Shown piece by piece: positions 27,796 to 37,587 of a DNA stretch of 64,000 nt. Position numbers and translations under genes: made by a program. Source of the stretch: Caldilineaceae bacterium (GTDB lineage: Bacteria > Chloroflexota > Anaerolineae > Caldilineales > Caldilineaceae); contig OY282376.1 of the NCBI GenBank assembly GCA_958295845.1, forward strand, positions 507,022 to 571,021. Direction: 5' to 3'. Numbering within the stretch: the stretch's first letter is position 1; every line of letters starts with the position of its first letter. A model generated the notes under the pieces. That model searched no databases. It was not told the origin of the DNA and was given only the letters and a program-made list of their open reading frames with translations.

Positions 27796-29016
27796 GTGAT
27801 GCTTCAACGACTTCGCGGCCGAGCGCACCCTCAGGAAGACGAGGCCTCCTCGCAGACGGACAGTAGACCGCCGCCGACGGACCTGGTGATCGTGATCATC
27901 TCCTGGAACGTCTGGGATCATCTGCGCGCCTGCCTCACCTCAATCGAACAGCAGAGCACGCCGTTAGACGGAGGGCGCGACGAAAGCGCTGAGCGCAAGA
28001 CAGCATCCCACGCCTCGACTCCCGTGCGCCGCTTCGGGCCGAACAACGAGGCCACCCTCCAGGTCGTTGTGCTCGACAACGCCAGCGAAGACGCCACGAC
28101 ATCTCTCCTGCCAAGCCGCTTCCCCTGGGTGCAGACCATCTTCAGCGACGAAAACCTGGGTTTCACCGGCGGCAACAACCGGGCGCTGGAAGCGATTGGG
28201 TTTGACCCCCTGCCGTCGCAGAATGGAGAGGAAGAAACGCCCAATCAGACCGGCGCGGCAGGCCGGCCCGCCGCAGTTCGGACATCTGACAGCAATTTGT
28301 CAGCGGACCCGTCTCCGCGCCCCGCCGCCAAGGCGCGATTCATCTACTTCCTCAACCCGGACACCGAACTCCTGCCCGGCAGTCTGTGGGCGCTCTACAA
28401 CGGCATCAATGAAGACGAGACGATCGGCGCGATCGGGCCGCAGCTGCGCTACACCGACGGCGTACTGCAGAGCAGCCGGCGGCGTTTTCCCGGCCTCCTT
28501 ACCGGCTTCTTTGAGAGTACCTGGTCGGAGCAGATATGGCCCCGCAACCCGTGGACCCGCAGCTACCACCTCGCCGACTGGCCGGCGGACGCCCGCCAGG
28601 ACGTAGACTGGCTTGTCGGCGCAGCCCTCCTGGTGCGAGGAGAGGTGTTGTCCGCGCTCGGCGGATTCGATCCGCAGTTCTTCATGTACAGTGAAGAGAC
28701 CGACCTCTGCCGCCGCATCAAGCGCGCCGGCTGGCGCGTCGTCTACGATCCGGGCGCAATCGTCATCCACGCCGAAGGCCGCAGCAGCGGCCAGGTCAGC
28801 GCCCAGCGCCACATCCTCTTCAACCGCAGCAAGGTCCGCTATGCGCGCAAGTGGCACGGCCCCATGTGGGCAGACCTGCTGCGACGCTATCTGCTCCTCG
28901 AATTTCGCCTGCAGATTGTGAGCGAATCCATCAAAGCCCTTCTGGGCCACAAACGCGCGCTGCGCCGCGACCGCATCGCCGCCTACCGCGACGTGCTGAA
29001 AAGCCAGCTGGAATAG
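27796..29016 (+). CDS. Family 2 glycosyltransferase
   Basis: VIISWN ... VVVLDNASEDAT ... FLNPDTEL ... GAALLVR ... FFMYSEETDLCRR pattern. GTG at 27796, immediately followed by ATG at 27799. Confidence 0.8.
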   Translation: MMLQRLRGRAHPQEDEASSQTDSRPPPTDLVIVIISWNVWDHLRACLTSIEQQSTPLDGGRDESAERKTASHASTPVRRFGPNNEATLQVVVLDNASEDATTSLLPSRFPWVQTIFSDENLGFTGGNNRALEAIGFDPLPSQNGEEETPNQTGAAGRPAAVRTSDSNLSADPSPRPAAKARFIYFLNPDTELLPGSLWALYNGINEDETIGAIGPQLRYTDGVLQSSRRRFPGLLTGFFESTWSEQIWPRNPWTRSYHLADWPADARQDVDWLVGAALLVRGEVLSALGGFDPQFFMYSEETDLCRRIKRAGWRVVYDPGAIVIHAEGRSSGQVSAQRHILFNRSKVRYARKWHGPMWADLLRRYLLLEFRLQIVSESIKALLGHKRALRRDRIAAYRDVLKSQLE

Positions 29017-29125
29017 GGCGGTCCCCTCCTCCACATTCTTTCTATCTCCCCGTCTCATCGTGTAAGATGCTGCTAAACGCGCTGCCGCTTCATTTCGTAA
29101 GCGCAACTTACCAGGAGAAACTTCA

Positions 29126-30493
29126 GTGGCCCGATTTCAAACCAAGCCGATCAGCGGCGCACGCGACTTCCTTCCCCTGGACGTTCTGCGCCGCCAATAT
29201 GTCATCGACGTGATCGAACGCGTCTACCAAAGCTATGGCTTTGAACCGCTCGACACGCCGGTGATGGAACGCCTCGACACCCTGCTCGGCAAGTACGGCG
29301 AAGAGGGCGATCAGCTGATCTTCCGCGTCGCCAAGCGCGGCGCCAAGCTGCAACGCGCCCTCGCCGACTCCCCAACCGAAGACGAAATCGCCGACGCCGG
29401 CCTGCGCTACGACCTGACCGTGCCGCTCGCTCGCATCGTCGCCGAGTACAGCAATCAGCTCCCCCGCTACTTTAAGCGCTACCATATCGCGCCCGTCTAC
29501 CGCGCCGACCGCCCTGCCAAAGGCCGTTTCCGTGAGTTCTACCAGTGCGACCTCGATGTTGTCGGCTCCTCCAGCCAGCTCGTCGAAGCCGAGGTCCTCA
29601 ACGCCGGCGCCCAGGTTCTGCAGGAGTTGGGCTTCCGCGGGCGCGATGCGTCGGGCTTTCTGCTGCGCCTCAACCACCGCGGCGTCCTGCGCGGCCTGAT
29701 GGAGGCAACCGGCGTGCCCGCGGAACTGGAGTCTGACGCGCTGGTCGCCGTCGACAAGCTGGATAAGATCGGCCTCGACGGCGTCGAAAAGGAGTTGCGC
29801 GGCCGGGGCCTCGATCAGAAGGCCACGACGGCCCTACTCCAACTGATGGCCGCCGCACCGGAGGATACGGACGCGGCGCTCTGCTGGCTCGAGGAAAAGC
29901 TGGCAGGCTCCGCCAGCGGCGCGCAGGCTGTGGCCGAACTCAAAGATGTGGTGTCGCTGACGCAGACAGGCCCGGCCGGCGGCCACATTCACATCGACCC
30001 CTACCTGGCACGCGGTCTGAGCTACTACACCGGCCCGATCTACGAGATCGAATTCCCCACCTTGAGCGGCTCCGGCGGCGCCGGCGGACGTTACGACGAT
30101 CTGATCGGCATGTTCAGCAACCGTTCGATCCCCGCCTGCGGCTTCAGCCTCGGCCTGGAACGAATCCTCCTGATCATGGAGGAGCGCGGCCTCTTCCCGC
30201 AACAACTGGCCGGACAACCCCAGGTACTGATCACCAATTTCGACCGCGAGACACTGGCCGAAAACGTAGAGTTGGCACATGCGCTGCGGGAGGCCGGTCT
30301 GCGCGTCGATCTCTACCCTGACAATGACAACCTGGGTCGGCAGTTCCGATATGCCGAAGATCGCAACATCCCGGTTGCCCTTTTGTTAGGCGGAGACGAG
30401 ATTGCGGCCGGCACCGTCACCGTCAAAAACCTGATCAACGGCGAGCAGGAGACTGTGGCGCGCGCAAAGGTGGCCGATCACTTGCGCCAGTGA
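29126..30493 (+). CDS. hisS: Histidine--tRNA ligase
   Basis: Class II aaRS motifs: RYDLTVPLAR, FREFYQCDLDV, GGGRYDDLIGMF. GTG start with aggag 8 nt upstream. Confidence 0.9.
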   Translation: MARFQTKPISGARDFLPLDVLRRQYVIDVIERVYQSYGFEPLDTPVMERLDTLLGKYGEEGDQLIFRVAKRGAKLQRALADSPTEDEIADAGLRYDLTVPLARIVAEYSNQLPRYFKRYHIAPVYRADRPAKGRFREFYQCDLDVVGSSSQLVEAEVLNAGAQVLQELGFRGRDASGFLLRLNHRGVLRGLMEATGVPAELESDALVAVDKLDKIGLDGVEKELRGRGLDQKATTALLQLMAAAPEDTDAALCWLEEKLAGSASGAQAVAELKDVVSLTQTGPAGGHIHIDPYLARGLSYYTGPIYEIEFPTLSGSGGAGGRYDDLIGMFSNRSIPACGFSLGLERILLIMEERGLFPQQLAGQPQVLITNFDRETLAENVELAHALREAGLRVDLYPDNDNLGRQFRYAEDRNIPVALLLGGDEIAAGTVTVKNLINGEQETVARAKVADHLRQ

Positions 30494-30572
30494 CGCCGTC
30501 CGGGCTAGTGAGACATCTTCGGCAACAAGGCCAATACCGACTACTGAAGATTCTCCCATCTCTCAAAAAACG

Positions 30573-30581
30573 TGGTATACT
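30573..30581 (+). promoter_or_regulatory. Extended -10 promoter candidate (TGgTATACT) for the first sugar ABC locus
   Basis: cgTGgTATACT read directly, about 105 nt upstream of ATG 30686. No good -35. Confidence 0.35.
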
Positions 30582-30685
30582 CGCTCAACAGTCCCCTTTC
30601 GCACCAAAGCCACAATAGAGTTCATGTGCCCCCCATTCTGGATTCGCGGTTGAAAGCACCCATAAACTTCACTGAGGAGAGAACT

Positions 30686-32002
30686 ATGAAGCAAACAGTA
30701 TTGAGTCGACGTAAGTTCTTGCAGTTGACAGCCGGCTTGACCGTTACTTCGGCTTTGGCGGCCTGTGTAGCCCCGACCGCGCCAGCAGCGGATAGCGGTG
30801 ACGCAGCGATGGCAACTACGACCATTGACATTTGGGCCTATCCCCGCACCGAAAATGACGGGGACATCGTCTATGCCCCCCTGAATGAGGGATTCCATGC
30901 AGCCCATCCTGACATCATGGCGCAGGTCGAGGTACAGCCCTGGGGTGGCCGTCGCGAAAAACTCTACGCCGCGGCCGCAGCCGGCGAGGCGCCCGATATC
31001 TGGGATGCAACCACCGATACGGTGCCGGCCTATATCACCAAAGGCGTGATCCTTGGTCTTGACGATCTTCTGTCCGCCGAGGATCTGGCCGACTTTGGCG
31101 ACGCTGAAATCGATGCGGCCAGCATGGACGGTGTCCTCTACATGCCGCTGTTCGAGGCCGAAGTCAACGGCATCGCCTACAATGGTGGCCTGCTCTCAGA
31201 ACTGGGCTATGACCCGGCCACCGCGGCATTCGGGACCTGGGACGAGCTCCATGAACTGGCTGCAAAAGCCGCAGAAAATAACTGGTACCTGGAAAACCTC
31301 AGTACCTTTAACTGGGGTGAATTCCTCGTCACCGTCCATGAAGCAGGCGGCCAGGTCTATTCGGACGATCGCACCACCTCCAATTTCCTCGAACAGCCCG
31401 TCATCGATGCTCTCACCCGCTGGGTCACCGAGTATGAGAATGGCTGGGTCCCGCTGGAATACGCCATCGGCAGCGTCGATGAACAGGGCGGCCTCCCCGA
31501 TTACTGGTTGTCCCTGGAGCAGGTGACTGGACGCAGAGAAGATGCAGCCTGCGTTCAGGACGTGGAAGCAAACCCGGATCTGGAGTACGTGATCGGCCAC
31601 CCGCGCAGCATCGACAGTTCAGTTACCCCCGTCTCCGGTATCGTTTCGGGACAGGGATGGGCCATCACCAGTCAAAGTGACGCCGTCGATGCCGCCGTAA
31701 CCTGGGTTAAGTATATGCTCACGCCGGAACAGGTCGGGACACGCGCCAATCTGGCAGGCACCACCCCCGTCGGCAACGAAGCCAAGGGATTCTGGAACCC
31801 TGCCCCCTGCACAGCCGAGTACGTAGACCGTTTCGGACCGCTGCTGTTCGCCGGTGTCGACACCAATACCCTCTGGCAGGAGAGCAAGGTTGTCGCCGGC
31901 CCGCAATTCCAGGCCGCCATTCTTGGGCAGGCCACAGTTGAAGAAGCGTTGGAGACCATCAAGACGGAGATCGATGCGCTCCTGTTGGAACAATATGGCT
32001 AG
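30686..32002 (+). CDS. Carbohydrate (CUT1-type) ABC transporter substrate-binding lipoprotein
   Basis: gaggag RBS. Tat-like SRRKFLQLTAGL signal plus lipobox LAAC. Followed by two MalF/MalG-type permease genes. Confidence 0.85.
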   Translation: MKQTVLSRRKFLQLTAGLTVTSALAACVAPTAPAADSGDAAMATTTIDIWAYPRTENDGDIVYAPLNEGFHAAHPDIMAQVEVQPWGGRREKLYAAAAAGEAPDIWDATTDTVPAYITKGVILGLDDLLSAEDLADFGDAEIDAASMDGVLYMPLFEAEVNGIAYNGGLLSELGYDPATAAFGTWDELHELAAKAAENNWYLENLSTFNWGEFLVTVHEAGGQVYSDDRTTSNFLEQPVIDALTRWVTEYENGWVPLEYAIGSVDEQGGLPDYWLSLEQVTGRREDAACVQDVEANPDLEYVIGHPRSIDSSVTPVSGIVSGQGWAITSQSDAVDAAVTWVKYMLTPEQVGTRANLAGTTPVGNEAKGFWNPAPCTAEYVDRFGPLLFAGVDTNTLWQESKVVAGPQFQAAILGQATVEEALETIKTEIDALLLEQYG

Positions 32003-32038
32003 CGGAGCCATCTCCGCCAAAATAAGCCCAACATAGAT

Positions 32039-32097
32039 CGCAGAGATGCTGAGAAGCGGGACAGCCTCCCATCTCAGCATCTCTGCGGTTTTTCGTT
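32039..32097 (+). terminator. Rho-independent terminator/attenuator between the SBP and permease genes
   Basis: Perfect 16-bp stem cgcagagatgctgaga / tctcagcatctctgcg, 17-nt loop, then gtttttcgtt. Ends 5 nt before ATG 32102. Confidence 0.8.
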
Positions 32098-32101
32098 CGG
32101 A

Positions 32102-33034
32102 ATGGAGAAATTGATCATGGCCGCTGCGAGCCCATCCCAGCGCGCAACCTCCCAATTCCTCAGAAGATTACGGCGTTCTCTGCCTTGGTACCCCTTTATC
32201 ATCGTCAACACCGTAATCTTTCTCGTATTCAATTTAGTGCCCTGGATCTCGATGTTCCGTTACAGCGTCCTGAAGACCGACCTGCTTTCGACGCGTGAAT
32301 TTGTGGGGCTCGATCACTTCGTGACCATGCTGACCGATGCCAAGCTCCACAAGGCCATGCTCAACACAGTCTGGTTTACGGTCATGTATATCCCGCTGTT
32401 AGTGGCGGTTTCACTCGGGGTTGCGGTGCTGGTAAACCGGCCATTGCGGGGTATGAAGGCGTTTCGCGCCCTCTACTTTCTTCCCAATATTACGTCAGTG
32501 GCTGTCCTTTCCTTGATCTTTCGTCGCTTCCTTTCTCCGCGTCCCGATGGCCCCATCAACTTTCTCATCGGCCTTGTCGGCATTCCGCCCCAGAGATGGC
32601 TAATCGATGTGAATCAGGCCATGCCCAGCATTGTCGGCATCAGCCTGTGGGAGGCGTTTGGTTACTTTATGGTCATCTGGCTGGCCGGGTTGCAGGCCAT
32701 CCCCAGTGAACTCTATGATGCCGCCAAAGTGGATGGCGCCAACGGATGGCGCCTTCACCGCTACGTTACAATTCCACTGCTGCGCCCGACCGCAGCCTTT
32801 ATCATCGTGATCGCCACCATTGGCGCTTTGCAGGTCTTCGGTTCAATTTTCATCCTGACGGGCGGCGGGCCAGTCAACGCGACGACGACAGTGGTCTACC
32901 AAATCTACAGCGAAGCCTTCAACTTTGGCCGCTTCGGTTACGCGTCCGCGTTGTCGATCCTCTTCTTTGTTATCATTCTGATCGTCGCCCTGATTCAATC
33001 CCGATATCTGCGTTTTGGTGAAGACATATATTAG
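32102..33034 (+). CDS. Carbohydrate ABC transporter permease (MalF-like)
   Basis: Polytopic, with an EAA-type loop context (ELYDAAKVDGANGWRLHRYVTIPLLRP). Confidence 0.85.
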   Translation: MEKLIMAAASPSQRATSQFLRRLRRSLPWYPFIIVNTVIFLVFNLVPWISMFRYSVLKTDLLSTREFVGLDHFVTMLTDAKLHKAMLNTVWFTVMYIPLLVAVSLGVAVLVNRPLRGMKAFRALYFLPNITSVAVLSLIFRRFLSPRPDGPINFLIGLVGIPPQRWLIDVNQAMPSIVGISLWEAFGYFMVIWLAGLQAIPSELYDAAKVDGANGWRLHRYVTIPLLRPTAAFIIVIATIGALQVFGSIFILTGGGPVNATTTVVYQIYSEAFNFGRFGYASALSILFFVIILIVALIQSRYLRFGEDIY

Positions 33035-33135
33035 CTGGATTGTAGGGAGATTTGCCGGTCAAAGGGGACAGGCCCCGCCAGGAGAAACCGGCGCCTGACT
33101 TCCTATCTCTGAACGACCATTTTGGAGTTCCACAG

Positions 33136-33987
33136 ATGTCTATTTCTGAACCCAGCGAGTCAGTCGAAAAACGCAACCCGATTCGAGAGACGCTCATCTA
33201 TATAGCGATGACGGTGGTGGCGCTCACAACCGTTGGGCCGTTTCTGATCATGATTTCGGTATCCTTAACTGAGAATATCCGCTTTATCACCTTCCCAGTC
33301 GAACTGATCCCTACGCCGATTACTTTGGAGAATTTCCAGCTACTCTTTGCCAGGACAGATGCGTTGCGCTGGCTCTTCAATAGTGTCTATGTCGCGTTCG
33401 TATCAACTTTGGGCGGTGTGATCACGTCGAGCATGGCCGGATTTGCCTTTGCCAGGGGCGACTTCTGGGGCAAGACCGTTATCTTTACGCTTTTTCTAGG
33501 CATTCTAATCATGCCCGATACAGCTTTGATCGTGCCGCAATTTGTCGTTCTCTCGCAATTGGGGCTGGTGAACTCCTACACGGCCCTGATCGGACCCTGG
33601 TTTGCATCCATCTTCGGTACCTTCTTGCTGCGCCAGGCATACCTGAGCATTCCCCGTGATTATGACGATGCCGCTACTATCGATGGCGCCAATCTCTGGC
33701 AGACCTGGTGGCAGGTGCTGATGCCACAGGTCGTGCCCGCTATGGCGACGCTGGCCGTCCTGCGCTTTATGGGAAACTGGAACTCATTTTTCTATCCCAT
33801 GATTGTCACATCCAAATCGGATATGCGCACCCTTACCGTCGGTCTTGGTACTGTCGCGCGCTCCGGCGGAGATGCCGGATTGGATATGTCGGGCGCGGTG
33901 CTCGGCTTCCTGCCGACCCTGCTCGTCTTCATACTCATGCAGCGCTATATTATCCGTGGCATCTCACTCAGTGGCGTGAAAGGCTGA
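33136..33987 (+). CDS. Carbohydrate ABC transporter permease (MalG-like)
   Basis: The ATG at 33136 gives MSISEP.... Loop DYDDAATIDGANLWQTWWQVLMPQ. The tracked 33052 start is an extension. Confidence 0.85.
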   Translation: MSISEPSESVEKRNPIRETLIYIAMTVVALTTVGPFLIMISVSLTENIRFITFPVELIPTPITLENFQLLFARTDALRWLFNSVYVAFVSTLGGVITSSMAGFAFARGDFWGKTVIFTLFLGILIMPDTALIVPQFVVLSQLGLVNSYTALIGPWFASIFGTFLLRQAYLSIPRDYDDAATIDGANLWQTWWQVLMPQVVPAMATLAVLRFMGNWNSFFYPMIVTSKSDMRTLTVGLGTVARSGGDAGLDMSGAVLGFLPTLLVFILMQRYIIRGISLSGVKG

Positions 33988-33996
33988 CACTCTCGC

Positions 33997-35004
33997 ATGA
34001 CCCAAGAACGAAAAATCCTCTATCTGCCTCCAACTGGCCTTTCCGAAGATATCCTCTCCCCGGAGGCCGTCTCCATACTGGAGAACCTGGGCACCGTGAT
34101 CTGGAACAAGCTGGATCGCAACTACACAGACGATGAACTGCTCGAGATGATCCCGGGCGCCGCCGTCGTCGTCACCTCCTGGGGATCCCCCCAGATCACC
34201 GAAGAACATGTAGCCGCAGCCGGTGACCTGCAGATCGTCGGCCATGCAGCCGGCTCGGTCAAAACGCGGTTGGCGCCGTCCGGCCATGAGCGCGCTATTG
34301 TCTTGTTGAGCGCCGCCGACGTCATCGCCGAGTCCGTCGCCGAATACACCCTCTGGGCCATGCTCAGCGGACAGCGCAATCTCTTCCCCTACGAAAAAGT
34401 CATGAAGGAGGAACGCGGCTGGAAACCTGCCCACAACTGGCCCGGTCACTCCCTGTATTCCAAAAAAGTGGGGCTCGTCAGCGCCAGCATGGTCGGCCGC
34501 CGCGTCATCGGTCTGCTCAAGCCCTTTGACTGCGATGTGACCGTCTACGACCCCTATCTGAGCGAAGAGGACGCCCACCTGCTCGATGTACGCAGCGTCT
34601 CCCTGGAAGACCTCTTTGCCGACTCCGATATCATCTCGGTGCACGCCCCGATCACCCCCGAAACCAGGAAGATGATCACCGGCGCCCACTTCCAGTCGAT
34701 TCGCGACGGCGCACTTTTTGTCCACACCGCTCGCTCCTGGGTGCTGGATCAGGATGCTCTGCTCGCCGAGCTGCAGAAGAACCGCTTCAACGCCTACATC
34801 GATGTCTTCGAACCAGAGCCTCTGTCACCCGACCACCCCATCCGCGACCTCGACAATGTCTTCCTCTCACCCCACGTCTCCGGCCACACCGTCGAGAACC
34901 GCATGCGCCTCGTCGAGGAGATCGTGCGCGACATCCAACGCTTCTTCAACAACGAATCCTTGCGGCTGGTCGTCCCGTATGAGAAACTGAAGATCATGGC
35001 CTGA
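33997..35004 (+). CDS. D-isomer-specific 2-hydroxyacid dehydrogenase family protein
   Basis: Family Arg/Glu/His context (HTARSWV, DVFEPEP, SPHVSGHT). The dinucleotide loop reads GLVSASMVG rather than GxGxxG. Confidence 0.75.
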   Translation: MTQERKILYLPPTGLSEDILSPEAVSILENLGTVIWNKLDRNYTDDELLEMIPGAAVVVTSWGSPQITEEHVAAAGDLQIVGHAAGSVKTRLAPSGHERAIVLLSAADVIAESVAEYTLWAMLSGQRNLFPYEKVMKEERGWKPAHNWPGHSLYSKKVGLVSASMVGRRVIGLLKPFDCDVTVYDPYLSEEDAHLLDVRSVSLEDLFADSDIISVHAPITPETRKMITGAHFQSIRDGALFVHTARSWVLDQDALLAELQKNRFNAYIDVFEPEPLSPDHPIRDLDNVFLSPHVSGHTVENRMRLVEEIVRDIQRFFNNESLRLVVPYEKLKIMA

Positions 35005-35048
35005 CGTTCGAACGTAGTGACCGGCCACCGCAAGCCGGTCACCGGGAA

Positions 35049-37517
35049 ATGGGAATTTCGATGTTGCCTAAGCATGCCCGGGCAGTGATCATCGGCGCCG
35101 GAATCGCCGGCTGCAGCGTAGCATACCACCTGACAAAACTTGGATGGCACGAGATCGTTGTCGTCGATCAAGGCCCTCTCTTCGAGACCGGCGGTTCCAC
35201 TTCGCACGCGCCCGGCCTCGTCTTCCAGATCAACGCCTCAAAAACGATGACCGAGTTCGCACGCTACACTGTCGATCTCTGGTCCCAAATGGAGCTCGAT
35301 GGCGAGCCCTGCGCCCGCTCGGTCGGCAGTCTTGAAGTCGCCTGGACGCCCGAGCGCCTCACAGACCTGAAACGCAAGCACGGCTACGGCCTCGCCTGGG
35401 GCGTCGACTGCCACCTGCTCAGCCCCGAGGAGGCGCGCGCCCGCTTTCCCCTCCTGACCGACCGCATTTATGGCGCGCTCTACGTCCCCTCCGATATTCA
35501 GACCAAGCCGACCCTGCCGGCAGAGGCGATGGCGCGTGCGGCCGATCAAACCGGCGCGCAGTTCTTCGGCGGCGTCAAAGTAACCGGGTTCTCTACCGCC
35601 GGCGGGCGCATCTCCGCCGTGCAAACCACCCGCGGCGAAATCGAGACCGACCTCGTCGTCGCCGCCACCGGCATCTGGGCACCCAAGGTCGGTGGCATGG
35701 CCGCCGTGCCCATCCCGCTCTCACCGATGCAGCACCTCTACGCCGTAACAGCGCCACTGCCTGAACTGGCCGGCGCCACCGAGGAGATAACTCTCCCCCT
35801 CCTGCGCAACCAGGACAAGGCCATGTACTTCCGCCAGGTCGGCGAAAGCATCGGCATCGGCTCCTACCAGCACGAACCGCTCCTCGTGGACGCCGCCGAC
35901 CTCCCAGATCGTGCGGTCAACGGCATGCCCCCTGCCGAGATGCCATTTTCTCCGACCCACTTTGAGGCCGCCATCGAATCCGCAGGCGAACTGATGCCCA
36001 GCCTCAGAGGCGTGGAACTGACGCGCAAACTCAACGGCATCTTCTCATTCACCAATGATGGCTTCCCCGTGCTCGGCGAATCGCCCCAACTGCCCGGCTT
36101 CTGGTCCGCCCAGGCCGTCTGGATCACACACGCCGGCGGCGTGGGCAAGGCGGTCGCCGAATGGATCGTGGAAGGTGAGTGCACGACCGACCTGCACGAG
36201 TGCGACATCAGGCGCTTCCACCCGCACGCCCTCAGCCGCCCCTACGTCCGCGCCCGCGCCGCGCAGCAGTACCGCGAGGTTTACGACATCATCCACCCGC
36301 GCCAGCAGATGACCCACCCCCGCAACCTGCGGCTGACGCCCTTCTTTGCCCGCCAGCAAGAACTGGGTGCCGTCTTCTTCGAAAACGCAGGCTGGGAACG
36401 CCCCCAGTGGTACGACGCCAATCTGGAACTGCTCGGTTCGCTCGAAGTATCCGGCGCAGACCTTAGCGGCTGGGCCGCGCAGGAATGGTCGCCGGCCGTC
36501 GCGGTCGAACACGCCGCCACACGCGAACGTGTGGCCCTGTTCGACCTGACGCCCTTTGCTGTTTTCGAGATGACCGGCCCCGGCGCGCTTGCCGCGCTTC
36601 AGTGCCTGGCAGCCAACGACATGGACAGACCGGTCGGCGCCATCACCTACACCGCCATGCTGACCCCCCGCGGCGCCATCAAGTGCGATCTGACGGTCAC
36701 ACGGCTGGGCGCAGAGCGCTTCATGATCGTGACCGGCGGCGGCATGGGCCTCCACGACCTGGACTGGATGGAGAGCCATCTGCCAGGCGACGGCTCGGCC
36801 ATCGTGACCGACATTTCCGCGGGACAGTGCTGCATCGGCCTCTGGGGGCCGCACGCCCGTGACCTGCTCAGCCGCGTCAGCGAAGACGACCTGAGCGACG
36901 CGGCCTTTCCCTACCTCACCGCCCAGCGGATAACGGTCGCAGAGGTCCCCGTGCTGGCCCTGCGCATCTCCTACGTCGGCGAACTCGGCTGGGAGCTTTA
37001 CGCCCCATTCGAACAGGGCCTGCGCCTATGGGACATCCTCTGGCAGGCGGGCGAACCGTTCGGCGTGCTCGCGGCCGGCGGCGGCGCATTCGACTCGCTC
37101 CGGCTCGAAAAGGGCTACCGGCTCTGGGGCCAGGACATCCACACCGAATACAATCCCTACGAGGCCGGCATCGGCTTCGCCGTGCGCATGGCCAAAAGCG
37201 ATTTCATCGGCCGCGATGCGCTGACCAATATCCGAGCTGAAGGGACCAACCGCCGGCTCAGCTGTATGACGCTGGACGACCCGGACGCCGTCGTCGTGGG
37301 CAAAGAGCCTATCATGGACGCAGACCGCGTCCTGGGCTATGTAACGAGCGCCAACTACGGCCACACCATCGGACGCGGCATCGTCTATGGCTACCTGCCA
37401 CTCGATTACGTTAATGTGGGAACCACTGTAGATATTCTTTACTTCGGAGATCGTCTTCCCGCAACGGTTGCAAAAGAGCCCCTCTACGACCCGCGCGGCA
37501 CAAAAATGAAAGCCTGA
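35049..37517 (+). CDS. FAD-dependent oxidoreductase fused to a GcvT-type aminomethyltransferase domain (dimethylglycine/sarcosine dehydrogenase-like)
   Basis: N-terminal VIIGAGIAGCSVAYHL FAD loop, 822 aa, C-terminal folate-binding GcvT-like half (GELGWELY, FDSLRLEKGY). Confidence 0.8.
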   Translation: MGISMLPKHARAVIIGAGIAGCSVAYHLTKLGWHEIVVVDQGPLFETGGSTSHAPGLVFQINASKTMTEFARYTVDLWSQMELDGEPCARSVGSLEVAWTPERLTDLKRKHGYGLAWGVDCHLLSPEEARARFPLLTDRIYGALYVPSDIQTKPTLPAEAMARAADQTGAQFFGGVKVTGFSTAGGRISAVQTTRGEIETDLVVAATGIWAPKVGGMAAVPIPLSPMQHLYAVTAPLPELAGATEEITLPLLRNQDKAMYFRQVGESIGIGSYQHEPLLVDAADLPDRAVNGMPPAEMPFSPTHFEAAIESAGELMPSLRGVELTRKLNGIFSFTNDGFPVLGESPQLPGFWSAQAVWITHAGGVGKAVAEWIVEGECTTDLHECDIRRFHPHALSRPYVRARAAQQYREVYDIIHPRQQMTHPRNLRLTPFFARQQELGAVFFENAGWERPQWYDANLELLGSLEVSGADLSGWAAQEWSPAVAVEHAATRERVALFDLTPFAVFEMTGPGALAALQCLAANDMDRPVGAITYTAMLTPRGAIKCDLTVTRLGAERFMIVTGGGMGLHDLDWMESHLPGDGSAIVTDISAGQCCIGLWGPHARDLLSRVSEDDLSDAAFPYLTAQRITVAEVPVLALRISYVGELGWELYAPFEQGLRLWDILWQAGEPFGVLAAGGGAFDSLRLEKGYRLWGQDIHTEYNPYEAGIGFAVRMAKSDFIGRDALTNIRAEGTNRRLSCMTLDDPDAVVVGKEPIMDADRVLGYVTSANYGHTIGRGIVYGYLPLDYVNVGTTVDILYFGDRLPATVAKEPLYDPRGTKMKA

Positions 37518-37542
37518 TACGCAGCATCCCGCCGACCATCAT

Positions 37543-37570
37543 TCACTGACCACTGACCACTGACCACTGA
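37543..37570 (+). repeat. Heptanucleotide array (tcactga + 3 x ccactga) in the spacer before the GcvT-like gene
   Basis: TGA at 37547, 37554, 37561 and 37568. Followed by GGAG (37575-37578) and ATG 37588. Confidence 0.85.
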
Positions 37571-37587
37571 TCTTGGAGCTTCTCAAC

